A DNA stretch of 63,367 nt, the filler included, from Octopus bimaculoides (taxonomy: Eukaryota): the NCBI RefSeq assembly GCF_001194135.2. It is 5 parts of 5 records of this genome, joined end to end, with 100 filler letters (N's around TTAATTAATTAA, not from the genome) between each part and the next. Parts side by side here need not be neighbours in the genome. Positions count along the whole stretch, not along the records: positions 35,096 to 41,494 come from NC_069009.1; positions 41,595 to 57,719 come from NC_068995.1; 3 more parts are not named here. One strand, given 5' to 3'. Under the pieces are notes generated by a model. It was not told where the DNA came from and did no database searches. It worked only from the letters and a program-made list of their open reading frames with translations. The number at the start of each line of letters is the position of its first letter. The stretch's first letter is position 1. Shown in pieces: positions 38,613 to 51,631 of this stretch. The position numbers and the translations under genes were made by a program.

Positions 38613-40552
38613 AATAAATACATACATATATCCAATATATACATATATCCAGAAATAAGAGGGTAGTGTGATTTAAGGGAGATTTGGTTGCTATTTCTAA
38701 CAGGTCTCGCTACTACGTAGAGGTCTCCCTCATTGTCTCATACATACGACAGAAGAGTTACCAGGCGCTTCGTGCTTTCTTTTATATTTTCCTTTTATCT
38801 GCTTCGTTGTTGGCTACGTTTAGGATATTTGGTTCTTTCGAGTATTTTAACCTAGTTATTTTTCCTTGTTTTTTTTTATTGTTCTTAGTATTCGCGATGC
38901 CACAAAATACACACACACACACACACACACANNNNNNNNNNNNNNNNNNNNNNNNNNNNNNNNNNNNNNNNNNNNNNNNNNNNNNNNNNNNNNNNNNNNN
39001 NNNNNNNNNNNNNNNNNNNNNNNNNNNNNNNNNNNNNNNNNNNNNNNNNNNNNNNNNNNNNNNNNNNNNNNNNNNNNNNNNNNNNNNNNNNNNNNNNNNN
39101 NNNNNNNNNNNNNNNNNNNNNNNNNNNNNNNNNNNNNNNNNNNNNNNNNNNNNNNNNNNNNNNNNNNNNNNNNNNNNNNNNNNNNNNNNNNNNNNNNNNN
39201 NNNNNNNNNNNNNNNNNNNNNNNNNNNNNNNNNNNNNNNNNNNNNNNNNNNNNNNNNNNNNNNNNNNNNNNNNNNNNNNNNNNNNNNNNNNNNNNNNNNN
39301 NNNNNNNNNNNNNNNNNNNNNNNNNNNNNNNNNNNNNNNNNNNNNNNNNNNNNNNNNNNNNNNNNNNNNNNNNNNNNNNNNNNNNNNNNNNNNNNNNNNN
39401 NNNNNNNNNNNNNNNNNNNNNNNNNNNNNNNNNNNNNNNNNNNNNNNNNNNNNNNNNNNNNNNNNNNNNNNNNNNNNNNNNNNNNNNNNNNNNNNNNNNN
39501 NNNNNNNNNNNNNNNNNNNNNNNNNNNNNNNNNNNNNNNNNNNNNNNNNNNNNNNNNNNNNNNNNNNNNNNNNNNNNNNNNNNNNNNNNNNNNNNNNNNN
39601 NNNNNNNNNNNNNNNNNNNNNNNNNNNNNNNNNNNNNNNNNNNNNNNNNNNNNNNNNNNNNNNNNNNNNNNNNNNNNNNNNNNNNNNNNNNNNNNNNNNN
39701 NNNNNNNNNNNNNNNNNNNNNNNNNNNNNNNNNNNNNNNNNNNNNNNNNNNNNNNNNNNNNNNNNNNNNNNNNNNNNNNNNNNNNNNNNNNNNNNNNNNN
39801 NNNNNTTATTAAGCATGTGTGTGTCTGTGAGAGTGTGTGTGTGTGTGTGTGTGTCGATGCAGGCATAGTTGTTTGCTAAGAAGCTTTCTTCCCAACCACA
39901 TGGTTCCGTGTTCAGTCCTACTACGTGGCACCTTGGGAAGGTGTCTTCTATTGCTTCAGACCGACCAAAGTCTTGTGAGTGGATTTGGTAGGTGGAAACT
40001 AAAAGAAACCTTATCATGTATGTGTGTATGTATGTATATATATATACATACGTATATGCACATACTTACATCTATGTGTATATATGTATATATGCATATG
40101 TGGGCACAGGATGTCATGAAATGCGTACAACAAAAAAGTACGAAGCACGAGTACATGGAATATGAACTATTTTTTTCGAACAACGAAAGACAGAAACGGA
40201 AAGCAAAACAAACAACATAAAGAACGACGCTTCATCAGTTGGCTGTTTTTCTATTCTCGTATTTCGAGCATTTAACAACAATATACACTTCCGATAAAAC
40301 AGTTGCTCCTGCAAAGCAAATTAAATAAAATTTGGGATTTTGCGGAGGGTCAAAATAGGTAACACAAACAGGACAGTGAAAACAAACAGAAAGGGCTGCT
40401 AACCCTAAACGAGGTTGTGGTGGCGAACGCGTAAATCAAACTTGGACAGGAGACAAACGAGAACACGTCTTTCTTGTTCCAGCTACAATGGATATATGTA
40501 TGTATGAATGTATGTATGTATGCACACACACACACACACACACACACACCTA

Positions 40553-40950
40553 TAGGTGCATGCGTGGCTGTATGGTAAGAAGCTTACTTCCCAATCACAT
40601 GGTTCTGAGTTCAGTCCCACTACATGGTACCTTGGGCAAGTGTCTTCTACTATAGCCTCGGGTTGACCAAAGACTTGTGAATTAATTTGGTAGACAGAAA
40701 CTGAAAGAAGCCAGTCGTATGTGTGCGTGTGTGTGTGTGTGTGTGTGTGCGCGTGAATTTTTCTGTGTCTGTCACCCACCACCGCTTGACAACCGGTGTT
40801 GGCGTGCTTACGTCCTCGTAACTTAACAGTACCGATAGAACATGTACCAAACTTAAAAAGTAAGTAGCAGGGTCGATATATTCGACTAAAAATTCTTGAA
40901 GGCAGTGCCCCAGCATGGCCGTAGTATAATGACTGAAACAAGTAAAAGAA
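40553..40950 (+). mobile_element. Near full-length SINE family A
   Basis: Head, CCTTGGGCAAGTG box, (GT)n and CCAGCATGGCCG...TGACTGAAACAAGTAAAAG tail. Confidence 0.8.
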
Positions 40951-41429
40951 AAAAATGAAAGAATTAGAAGAATATGATTAGAATGTCACAGGAAAGAATC
41001 GTAAGATGGATTGTTCAAACCAAATCAACGGTCAGGAGACCCAGAGGTCAAGCAATGGTGAAATAGTTGGATAATGTTTATAGCTTCAGCTGGTTATGCT
41101 TGAGAATACAGACGGACTCTTTAGTGATAGTTGCTTGAGAATACAGACGGACTCTTTAGTGATAGTTGCTTGTGATGGGACCCCGTGGAGGAGGTACCTG
41201 AAAGCTCTACCCCGACGACCAGCAGAGGGTAGACTATGGATGAGATAGTTGGATAATAGGCGCAGGAGTGGTTGTGTGGTAAGTAGCCTGCTTACCAACC
41301 ACATGACTCGGGGTTCAGTCCCACTACGTGGCACCTTGGGCAGGTGTCTTCTACTATAGCTTCGGGTCAACCAAAGACTTGTGACTGGATTTGGTAGGCA
41401 GAAACTGAAAGAAACCCGTCGTATATATG

Positions 41430-41494
<65 letters not shown>

Positions 41495-41982
41495 NNNNNN
41501 NNNNNNNNNNNNNNNNNNNNNNNNNNNNNNNNNNNNNNTTAATTAATTAANNNNNNNNNNNNNNNNNNNNNNNNNNNNNNNNNNNNNNNNNNNNTATATA
41601 TATTTATATGTCTATATGTTTGTATGTATGCATGTATGTATTGTGTGTGCACGCACACGCGCGCTGGTGTTTTTGATTCGTTGTCTTAGTGAACTCGTGC
41701 CGTTGTCACGCAAGAGCTGCTATTTGTTTTCAGTCTTCCCCGTAATCATGCTTGGATATGTTGAAATGTGTATATGTATACATGTGTGTGTGTGTGTGTG
41801 CGTTTATATATATATACATATATCAATATATAATTATTTGGACCTTGGCTATACGGTTAGTAGTATGCCGATTAAAGCACTTTCACTGTTTAGGCTACCT
41901 GATGTCCTCCACAGTTATGATATAAGTGTTACAAGGCCTAAGTCGGGAATTCCACAGTGTTCGTTGAGTTTATAACGAACGA

Positions 41983-42345
41983 GGGAAATGGAAAAGGGAG
42001 TTAGCAAGAATCTTCATTCATCACGATCATTTCAACCCATCCTGCATTTGTCCCTTGCTTGTGGGGTATTGTACAGCTAGCTGAGTTGTATCCACCAGTA
42101 CAGAATTCATCTCGTCGGGTGTCTCGTTTTAAATAAGATACTTCGCTAAATATACTCGCTTTCGTTTGGCATGTTGGGGTCGCCAGTAGGTTATTGGCTA
42201 TACTGATAGAGAATGGATACAATTTCCGACGAGATGCATTCTGCACTGGTGGATGCAACACCCGCAAGGGACATATACAGGATGGGTCGAAACGATCGTT
42301 GTATTGAGTAAAGATTCTTGCTAACTCCATTTTCTGTTCCCCCTC
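41983..42345. mobile_element. Foldback element/MITE with long imperfect inverted repeats (about 120-140 bp arms)
   Basis: GGAGTTAGCAAGAATCTT...CCCATCCTG...TGTCCCTTGC...ATCCACCAGTRCAGAATKCATCTCGTCGG at 41983-42120 is mirrored at 42226-42345. Confidence 0.8.
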
Positions 42346-42710
42346 ATTCATTATATATATATATATATGTGTGTGTGTTCTTTTATTATTATTCCTTTAC
42401 TTGTTTCAGGAAAAATGACCGCCATGAAGGGTTTTTAGTCAAAGAATTCGACCCCAGGACTTATTCTTTGTAAGCCTAGCACTTTTTCTATCGGTCTGTC
42501 TTGTCGAACTGCTAATTTACCGAGACATAAACACACCAGTATCGGTTGTCAAGTGATGGCGGGGTTACAAACACACAGACACACAAATACATGCATGTAA
42601 GTATCAGCGGCGATTATTTTACCACGATAAATAATTTTTGTTTAATATGTAATTGACTATTGATAACTTTCTCTTGATTCATTGTAGTCATTATGGTATT
42701 GAGCTGAAGC

Positions 42711-42959
42711 TGTGGTGAATATGGAAGTGGGAGAATGGGTAGGCCCTGTCGGAAGACCCTTAGGACGGAAGTGCTGAAGAGAGCATGCGCAGCGGTCACA
42801 GGAAGAGGGCAGAGGGCAACCGGACAGCGTGAAGGCAAGACGTGTGTGCACAACCAAGAGAAGAGAATGCCCATGTGGGTAGTGAGAGAACGCTCCCTCC
42901 ATATCAACAGGTAAGAAAGCCTCAATTCTCCATTTTCCTAATTTCCCCTTCATACCACA
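42711..42959 (+). repeat. Putative 5' LTR (249 bp) of the Gypsy element
   Basis: TGTGGT...ACCACA terminal inverted repeat, about 60 bp upstream of the gag ORF; no second LTR is available to confirm it. Confidence 0.65.
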
Positions 42960-44880
42960 AGCTATTTCGGCTCATTGCGTAGAGCTCAAAAAACAAAATC
43001 TGTCCACGGTAAAATATGGCATCGAAAAGTAGACTCGGCAACGACATGTTGAGACCATTCTCTGGCCAAGGCGACGTGGTAGCCTGGATAAAGAAGGTGA
43101 AGCTGGTAGCAAAATTACAGGGGATACAGGACGTAACCAGCCTCCTACAGTTGTATTTAGAAGGTAGCGCGCTGAGCCTATATCTAGAGATGTCGGAAGA
43201 CGATCAGCAAAAGATCGAAAAGATCGAGGAACGGCTGAAAGTTGCTTATACAGAGGGAGACTTTAAGGCATATAGTAAGATCGGAAGCGTGAGGTGGACC
43301 GGAGAACAGGTCGACGACTATATGAGTGAGATTAGGATATTGGTGGCTTTAGCAGTGATTTCCGGTGAGGCAATGGAGAGTGTTGTGAGGCTGGCCTTTG
43401 TGACCGAATTTCCCGATCACATCTCAATAAGTTTGCAGAGCTACCGGGTATCCACGCCATACCGGCGAGTGAGTTGATAGAGCGAACTCGCGTCATGACT
43501 CAGAACAACACATGCGATGTAGTTTGTACGATGACGGAAACGAAACGACGAAGAGGCGAATCGAAACTAACGGGAAGAAGAATGGGGCGAGAGAAGCTGG
43601 GTGAACGACGAAGGGACCATGTTTCAGGTGTCGGGGTCCTCATATAGCCAGAGACTGCACGGCACCGAAACCGGAAGTGGTAAGCTACCTGTGTGACCAG
43701 CCTGGACACATTTGCTAACCAATGTAAACAGGGAAACGGATAGAGGGGAGCTACTGCGCCAGTAGCTACCCCGTCAACCGATTAGAGGCGCACTCGCTGT
43801 CATTCCCAATAATAAACGTTCAGGTGGGGTCGAGAGAAGCTCGAGCCCTTGTGGATACTGGTTGCACTACAACCTTGGTGACGGTAAGAATGGTGACTAG
43901 CTGGGGCGGTAATCCACATCTGAGCGCAGTGGATGGCAGGAAAGTGAGGTGCAGAGGCGAGAGAGGAATACAGTTGATGGTGCAAGGGTCAGCAGTGAAG
44001 GTTCAGGCGATTGTTGTCGACGAAGTGGTGGACGGCGTTGACGTAGTGGAGGGAATGGACGTGATTGTCTAGCTGGGTGGCGTAACGCTAGGCGAGAAGA
44101 GAGTGGAATTCGGCAACCGATGTGCTGCGTGCTATGAGTATTGAGAAACGGAGGAAGGTTATGAGAGCGACGGAACGCATGTAGAAAGAGGGGACAATGT
44201 ATGAGACATCGAAGACGAGGACTTCCGGGCCAAATTCGATGGCACACGATGGACGGTGGAGTACTTCTGGAAGGGTGAGCCCCCGGTGTTGCAAAACAGA
44301 GTGAGCTGTTACGAATACACCCTCAAAGGAGGAGCCAGGAATGAATTCGAGAGGGACGTGGATCGATGGATAGAGGAGGGTATCTTGAGGCCATGGGAAG
44401 AAAATAAAAATGGTGTGTTGCCCTTAATGGCTGTGGTGCGCACACGAGGAACAAGGTTCGACCAGTACTCGATTTCCGTGAACTGAATGATCACGTGTCG
44501 TACCATATGAGTGGTGAGGCAGCAGACGTCTGCGGGAAACTTTGCGGATTTGGAGGCGCATGACAGTAGCATCTACAATTGTTGACCTGAAATGGGCCTA
44601 TCTGCAACTCCATGTGTCCAAGAAACTGTGGAAGTACCAGTTGTTGAGGCACAAGAGTAAAACTTGCTGCTTGAATCGGTTGGGGTTTGGCTTGAGTTCG
44701 GCACCAAAAGTTATGGCAAAGATCCTAAAGACGGTTTTGGCGAATGTGCCCGAGGCGGAGCAAGCGACTAATTCATACATCAACGACATCCTCGTAAATG
44801 AGAGTGTAGCGACTGCAGAGGAAGTCGTAGATCATCTGAAGAAGTTTGGGCTGACTGCTAAACCGCCAGAGGCCATAGAA
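42711..44880 (+). mobile_element. Ty3/Gypsy LTR retrotransposon, defective and 3'-truncated (gag, protease, RT)
   Basis: Gag-like ORF 43016-43477; zinc knuckles CFRCRGPHIARDC and (C)YLCDQPGHI.NQC; protease ALVDTGC; RT LPLMAVV, RPVLDFRELN, VDLKWAYLQL, GFGLSSAP and YINDI; sequence breaks off before RNase H and integrase. Confidence 0.92.
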
Positions 44881-46029
44881 AGAGACATACAATCAATGAC
44901 GAGACAAAAGAAACAGTAAAATGATACATGTTCATTTTATTAGGTATTTCTGTTTATTTAGAAAGCTACAATGAAGAGGTCATTTCACAGACGCTAAACT
45001 ATAAATTTCACAGTGTACAATCTTAAAGTTGACACTGCTCCGCTAAACGCAGAAAATTTCTGTCTCCCTATTGGCTTTAAATACACTGTTTTTTCCGATT
45101 TTTAAACCTCTGTAACTTTTCCCTCCATTTTTTTTTCTCCATAACATCATACTTTCATAGCAATTAGACTGGAAAACTTTATTATTATAGCCAATTTTCA
45201 GGTTTTTTACTGTCTTTTAAAAAATGTATATTTCGCGAATGAAAAAAAACTAGATCCTTAGATATGTAATGCGTGAGAGAAAGACAGGTTGGTCATATTT
45301 GAAATCTCTTCGATCCCTAGCTCAGCCTCAGCTGACCTGGCATTAAACAGAAGCAATTCATTCATGTACATTCCCCATCTACTTCATCACAGATACCTTT
45401 TTCGAATCCTGTCTTTCAAGTCTCCTATTTCATTTACTTGTCATAAACTGAACGAAGGAAATCGTTATCACAGGAGTCCTGTAGTAGTTGTTCGATCTGC
45501 TAGAAATAGTAATCCAACGTTAGATCATATAATCCTCAATGCATAATGTTTGAAAAGAAAAGAAAACGTAGACATTGTTGGCATGCACTCATTCCCAAAT
45601 CAGATCAATGACAAACGACTTGATGAAAATCAATAACAACAACAACGTTTTGGTTTTGTTAAACTTAAGTCAATCCTGGTCGAACAAAGCTTTGTCAACT
45701 TTCCTTTGTTCAATAAACGCTAGGAAAGAAGATTTATATTGATGTTGAGGGCAACATAAATCTATGATGAGGATTTATGTATATGGTGAGAAATATATTT
45801 ATTGTTTTTTTAACTATAGTGCTGACTTAGGTACAAAGAAAACAGTTTGAGGAAGAAGAAATAAGTCGGTATCAGCGACTCCTGTACTTTGCCGGTACTT
45901 TATTTTATTGACATCGTCGGGAATTGATCGGGAAGTAAAGAGTCAATAGAAATATTGCAAAGCATTTTCCCGCCATAATCACCACCACCACCACTACTAC
46001 TACTACTATTTTTTCAATAATAATATACA

Positions 46030-46362
46030 TTCCTTCATTGGACACTAAACTCCACTTGCGAAGACCTGTTGAGGCAAGTGAAATCGAAATCGAACTAAAT
46101 TTGTAGACTGGCACCCATGCCAACGTCTCTTTCATTGAACACTAAACTCAGCTTGCGAAGACCTGTTGGGACAAGTGAAAGCGAAATCGTGATGGCACCT
46201 GTACCAGTGGAGCACTAAGAGCACCGTTCGAGTGTGATCGTTGCCAGAGCAGCTGTCTGGCTTCCGTGCCGGTGGCACGTAAATAGCACCATTTGAGCGT
46301 GATCGTTACCAACGTCGCCTTCCTGGCACTTGTGCCAGTGGCACGTGAAAAGACATTCGAGC
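46030..46362 (+). repeat. Tandem repeats of the RTE 3'-UTR type
   Basis: Two copies of TTCATTGRACACTAAACTC..CTTGCGAAGACCTGTTG.G.CAAGTGAAA (also at about 21600-21650), then GTGATCGTT.CCA...GTGGCACGT.AAA units. Confidence 0.6.
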
Positions 46363-46612
46363 NNNNNNNNNNNNNNNNNNNNNNNNNNNNNNNNNNNNNN
46401 NNNNNNNNNNNNNNNNNNNNNNNNNNNNNNNNNNNNNNNNNNNNNNNNNNNNNNNNNNNNNNNNNNNNNNNNNNNNNNNNNNNNNNNNNNNNNNNNNNNN
46501 NNNNNNNNNNNNNNNNNNNNNNNNNNNNNNNNNNNNNNNNNNNNNNNNNNNNNNNNNNNNNNNNNNNNNNNNNNNNNNNNNNNNNNNNNNNNNNNNNNNN
46601 NNNNNNNNNNNN

Positions 46613-46647
<35 letters not shown>

Positions 46648-46986
46648 CTATATATATATATATATATATATATATGACAGGCTTTTACACAAGTATTCCT
46701 ATTATACTCAATAATAAGGCATTGGTTGACCTAGGGCTATAGTAGAAGATATGCCATGCAGTCAGACTGAAGCTGAAACCACATGGCAGCAAAGTGAGCT
46801 TCTGAACCACACGCCCATGCCTGGGCCCAAGAAACATTCTGAAAGTCTGCTGATATTTAGTAGGAATACTATTTACAGAACTGAATATTTTCTTTTTTTT
46901 TACAAAAATAAATGTTGTTTATGAAATTTAAATGTTATTTACAAAAATAATAATCAACAAAAAAAAAGAAAACAATAATCACATGA

Positions 46987-47353
46987 CTATTGGTGTTGTT
47001 CCCATGAATATTTTGCTAAATATCCTAAGCAAAACCAACCTGCATGGCAAAGCTGCAAAGTCACTGATGACCAATTCCTATAGACATTCATAGCATATAT
47101 AATTTGTTGATCAGTACTCATCAAGTTTTGGTTCAAAGCCCTTTTAACACTACTAATGTAGTCATCACAGAATCTTGTTAAGACATCATAACGTCCAAGG
47201 TTTGCACCACCAGCAACCCAAACAAGGTCTTTCCATATTATTTCTTTCAAAGGTATTTTCTGAAAATTACATTCTAAGCTGAAAGCCACACTTCTAAAGT
47301 CAAATCCTTTTGGAAGACTTAAGCCAAATTTTTTTGTTTTGTTTACTTCATAG
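46987..47353 (-). CDS. Terminal coding exon of an HtrL/YibB-like (WlaTC-type, putative glycosyltransferase) gene
   Basis: Acceptor tttctttttctctgtcttttttcag at 47355-47354; phase matches the upstream exon (CG|C = Arg); open to TAG at 46989-46987; encodes ...WVAGGANLGRYDVLTRFCDDY...LMSTDQQIIYAM..., resembling the GG.F.G and DQ motifs of the family. Confidence 0.88.
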
Positions 47354-48127
47354 CTGAAAAAAGACAGAGAAAAAGAAATAACATTAAATTAGCAAATCTG
47401 TTGTAGACAATATTGCACTTCAAAGTATAAAACCAATTTTCTGTTTAAAATATCAGGTAACTCAAACAAATTGCACGGTAAATGTTACAACTTTAGCAGC
47501 AAGAGTTCTGCTAACAGAGCCATCTTTGCATGCAACAAAGAGAATTTGGGAAGGTTACTAGCAACTGGCAAAGGTCCAGAAAACCCAGCCGAAATTGGGA
47601 ACTGGAAATGGGTGAGAGAGAGTTGGCATGCAGTGGAATGCATGAAAGCATCCTTTAATTTCGAGATGTGTTGCAGTAGGGATTAAGTAATTGGTTATTG
47701 TAGGTAACTTCCTACAAGTGTTGTATACAATAATAAATATATGTTCACCATATTCAGAAAGAATTTGGAATATAGAATATAGCCTGAACAGTAGAGATAG
47801 GTTAGAGAGAAAAGATAAATGATTTGCTTATTCCATTACTTTTTAACATTTTTTTCATTATTCTAGGCTTAACTATTTACTTTATTTTACTTGAATTCCA
47901 AATTTATTTTCCTTCTAACTCCATTATTACACCTTCTTGCATAGTTCATTACTATTTATTTTTTGATACTCTTAATTTTTTTAATTATTTGTATTTTCAA
48001 TTCTATAAAACCATTACTAAGTATATATTATTTAACCTATATAAATGTGTGTGTATCTCAGCAGATATATGGTTTTTGTTAGCATATATCACTTAAAGAA
48101 TTATGCCATTATTTCAAATCTATTATT

Positions 48128-48584
48128 AAGGCAGTGAGCTGGCAGAATCATTTGCATGTCAGACAAAATACTTACTCTCTTTTACTCTTTTTCTCTTTTA
48201 CTTGTTTCAGTCATTTGACTGTGGCCATGCTGGAGCACCGCCTTTAGTCGAATCAGATCGACCCCAGGACTTATTCTTTGTAAGCCAAGTACTTATTCTA
48301 TCGTTCTCTTTTGCCGAACCGCTAAGTTACGGGGACCTAAACACACCACCATCGGTTGTCAAGCNNNNNNNNNNNNNNNNNNNNNNNNNNNNNNNNNNNN
48401 NNNNNNNNNNNNNNNNNNNNNNNNNNNNNNNNNNNNNNNNNNNNNNNNNNNNNNNNNNNNNNNNNNNNNNNNNNNNNNNNNNNNNNNNNNNNNNNNNNNN
48501 NNNNNNNNNNNNNNNNNNNNNNNNNNNNNNNNNNNNNNNNNNNNNNNNNNNNNNNNATACACACACACACACACACACATATAG

Positions 48585-48617
<33 letters not shown>

Positions 48618-48915
48618 TACGACGGGCTTCTTTCAGTTTCTGTCTACCAAATCCACTCACAAGGCTTTGGTCGGCTTGAGGCGATAGTAGAAGACACTTG
48701 CCCAAGGTACCATGCAGTGGGACTGAATCCGAGACCATGTGGTTGGTAAGCAAGCTACTTACCACACACCCACTCGTGACATTTCTTCTGGCTTACTGTT
48801 CTGAATTCAAATACTACCAGGAATGATAAAATAAGTACCATTTGGGCACTGGGGTCAATATAATCAACTTATCCCTGCCCCTGAAATTGCTGGCCTTGAG
48901 CCAAAATTTGAAGCC
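48128..48915. mobile_element. Family B SINE (plus) split by a family A SINE (minus, about 48176-48775)
   Basis: The family B head stops at about 48175 and resumes at about 48776; the inserted family A copy retains most CpGs. Confidence 0.7.
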
Positions 48916-49760
48916 ATTATTTTATATCTATTATATAAAGAAAGGATGCATTCTGTGTCATCATGATGCCAGATTTTGATACCTTAATCAAGTTGAGTGT
49001 CAACTGTCACACTTTGAAGTTTTATTACTGAATAGTAATTGATCTCCAAACATTCTCTTAGCTGTAAGATTCAGCATAGAAATTGATGGTAATCATTTGA
49101 CCACTCCCATTCTGAAATAAGCTTACATTAGCACAGGGCTTAATCCTTGACAGGATTGATTTTCCAGTTAATGGTGCAGCTGATAGCTTTCTCTTTTCAA
49201 GCCCATATATAACTAGAGAGCTTCAGTTTTATGCTTGCTCCAGTCTCTAAAGGAGAAAATATGATTGTTAAACCTTGCCTTGAAGTTACCTTCCTTTAAA
49301 ACCTTGCTCATTCTAAAAATGCCAAAAGTGTCAAAAGTGAATCCCTTCTGGTTGCCACCAAGTATGTTTTAAAATGTTAGCCCTCTTCTCAATATGTACA
49401 ATAAGAACATCAGTATGGACCTCTTATCTTATACTTACATATCTTATACCCATTGATTTTATTTTGGTTTTATCTTTGTTTATTTTATCTTTTCATCTTT
49501 GGCCTTTTAACCAATTACAACTTTATTAATCAATTATATCTATTATGCATGAAGCTTATCACCACATATGTAGCTAATTAAATTTGCACATGGGAGGGGA
49601 ATGTAGATGTGGGCAAGTGTGTAGGGATGCATATGCTGTGTATATATATATATATATATAGATATGCAGGGCAGGGAATCATCAATTAGTAATAAAATTA
49701 ATAATTAACAATTCTGCCGGGTAGCTCAGTATGAAAAAAACCTTCTTCGGTAAATAATTT

Positions 49761-51064
49761 ATAATCATAAATATATAGGGATTGACAGTAACCTGCTTTT
49801 CCAACATACTGAGAATTCAGAAATAGCAGTCAAAGAACTACTGATTTCAAAACTACAAATTATTACTCCAGATNNNNNNNNNNNNNNNNNNNNNNNNNNN
49901 NNNNNNNNNNNNNNNNNNNNNNNNNNNNNNNNNNNNNNNNNNNNNNNNNNNNNNNNNNNNNNNNNNNNNNNNNNNNNNNNNNNNNNNNNNNNNNNNNNNN
50001 NNNNNNNNNNNNNNNNNNNNNNNNNNNNNNNNNNNNNNNNNNNNNNNNNNNNNNNNNNNNNNNNNNNNNNNNNNNNNNNNNNNNNNNNNNNNNNNNNNNN
50101 NNNNNNNNNNNNNNNNNNNNNNNNNNNNNNNNNNNNNNNNNNNNNNNNNNNNNNNNNNNNNNNNNNNNNNNNNNNNNNNNNNNNNNNNNNNNNNNNNNNN
50201 NNNNNNNNNNNNNNNNNNNNNNNNNNNNNNNNNNNNNNNNNNNNNNNNNNNNNNNNNNNNNNNNNNNNNNNNNNNNNNNNNNNNNNNNNNNNNNNNNNNN
50301 NNNNNNNNNNNNNNNNNNNNNNNNNNNNNNNNNNNNNNNNNNNNNNNNNNNNNNNNNNNNNNNNNNNNNNNNNNNNNNNNNNNNNNNNNNNNNNNNNNNN
50401 NNNNNNNNNNNNNNNNNNNNNNNNNNNNNNNNNNNNNNNNNNNNNNNNNNNNNNNNNNNNNNNNNNNNNNNNNNNNNNNNNNNNNNNNNNNNNNNNNNNN
50501 NNNNNNNNNNNNNNNNNNNNNNNNNNNNNNNNNNNNNNNNNNNNNNNNNNNNNNNNNNNNNNNNNNNNNNNNNNNNNNNNNNNNNNNNNNNNNNNNNNNN
50601 NNNNNNNNNNNNNNNNNNNNNNNNNNNNNNNNNNNNNNNNNNNNNNNNNNNNNNNNNNNNNNNNNNNNNNNNNNNNNNNNNNNNNNNNNNNNNNNNNNNN
50701 NNNNNNNNNNNNNNNNNNNNNNNNNNNNNNNNNNNNNNNNNNNNNNNNNNNNNNNNNNNNNNNNNNNNNNNNNNNNNNNNNNNNNNNNNNNNNNNNAGAC
50801 ATTAACAAATTTATTAGAATATTTAGCTGAAGATCAGAATAAAGTATTATGTACTCTTAACTGTGAAACAATTGTACTAAATTAACTAAAGGCAAGTGTT
50901 TTTTACTCTTCTCTATTGTTTTTTGTTCTGTGTGTATCAAAAATATCGCTATCAATCTGGAGTAATAATTTGTAGTTTTGAAATCAGTAGTTCTTTGACT
51001 GCTATTTCTGAATTCTCAGCATGTTAGAGAAGCAGGTTACTGTCAATCCCTATATATTTATGAT

Positions 51065-51067
<3 letters not shown>
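49761..51067. repeat. Inverted repeat pair of about 113 bp (49761-49873 / 50955-51067) around an N gap, inside the gene intron
   Basis: Direct reverse-complement match with about four mismatches. Confidence 0.85.
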
Positions 51068-51110
<43 letters not shown>

Positions 51111-51240
51111 GATAGTATACATATACTCTTACTTTTATGTATTCTATTTTATTTTAGTATATTCTATTATATTATATTTTTATAAGTATATTCTGTTTCT
51201 CATATAATCCACACAGTATCTCAAAGACTAAAGCTTTAGT

Positions 51241-51631
51241 TGTTGTTGTTGTTGACACTCCGTCACTTACGACGTCGAAGGTTCCAGTTGATCCGATCAA
51301 CGGAACAGCCTGCTCGTGAAATTAACGTGCAAGTGGCTGAGCACTCCACAGACACATGTACCCATAATGTAGTTCTTGGGGATATTCAGCGTGACACAGT
51401 GTGACAAGGCTGACCCTTTGAATTACAGGCACAACAGAAACAAGAAGTAAGAGTGAGAGAAAGTTGTGGTGGAAGAGTATAGCAGGGTTTGCTACCATCC
51501 CCCACTGGAGCATTGTGGAGCTTTAGGTATTTTTGCTCAATAAACACTCACAATGCCCGGTCTCGGAATCAAAACCACGATCCTATGACCATGAGTCCGC
51601 TGCCCTAACCACTGGGCCATTGTGCCTCCAC
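51241..51631 (-). mobile_element. Full-length tRNA-derived SINE family C with (AAC)n tail and TSD
   Basis: Head GGAGGCACAATGGCCCAGTGGTTAGGGCAGCGGACTC...GGTTTTGATTCC; TSD AAAGCTTTAGT (51230-51240) / AAAGTTTTAGT (51632-51642). Confidence 0.85.

Noticed and set aside
38684-40017. Long ORFs spanning N gaps (also 12662-13288, 30431-30742, 46293-46742, 48202-48765, 49765-50808, 55982-57047, 60318-61061)
   Set aside because: Their length comes from Ns translated as X.
46190-46362. Repeat-spacer-like arrays (also 16150-16350, 27040-27230)
   Set aside because: Degenerate tandem units inside RTE-type tails in a eukaryotic genome, with no cas genes and no unique spacers; not CRISPR.
51560-51631. tRNA-like sequences at SINE heads
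   Set aside because: A/B boxes are present but the acceptor stem is incomplete and the sequence continues into SINE bodies with TSDs; not tRNA genes.
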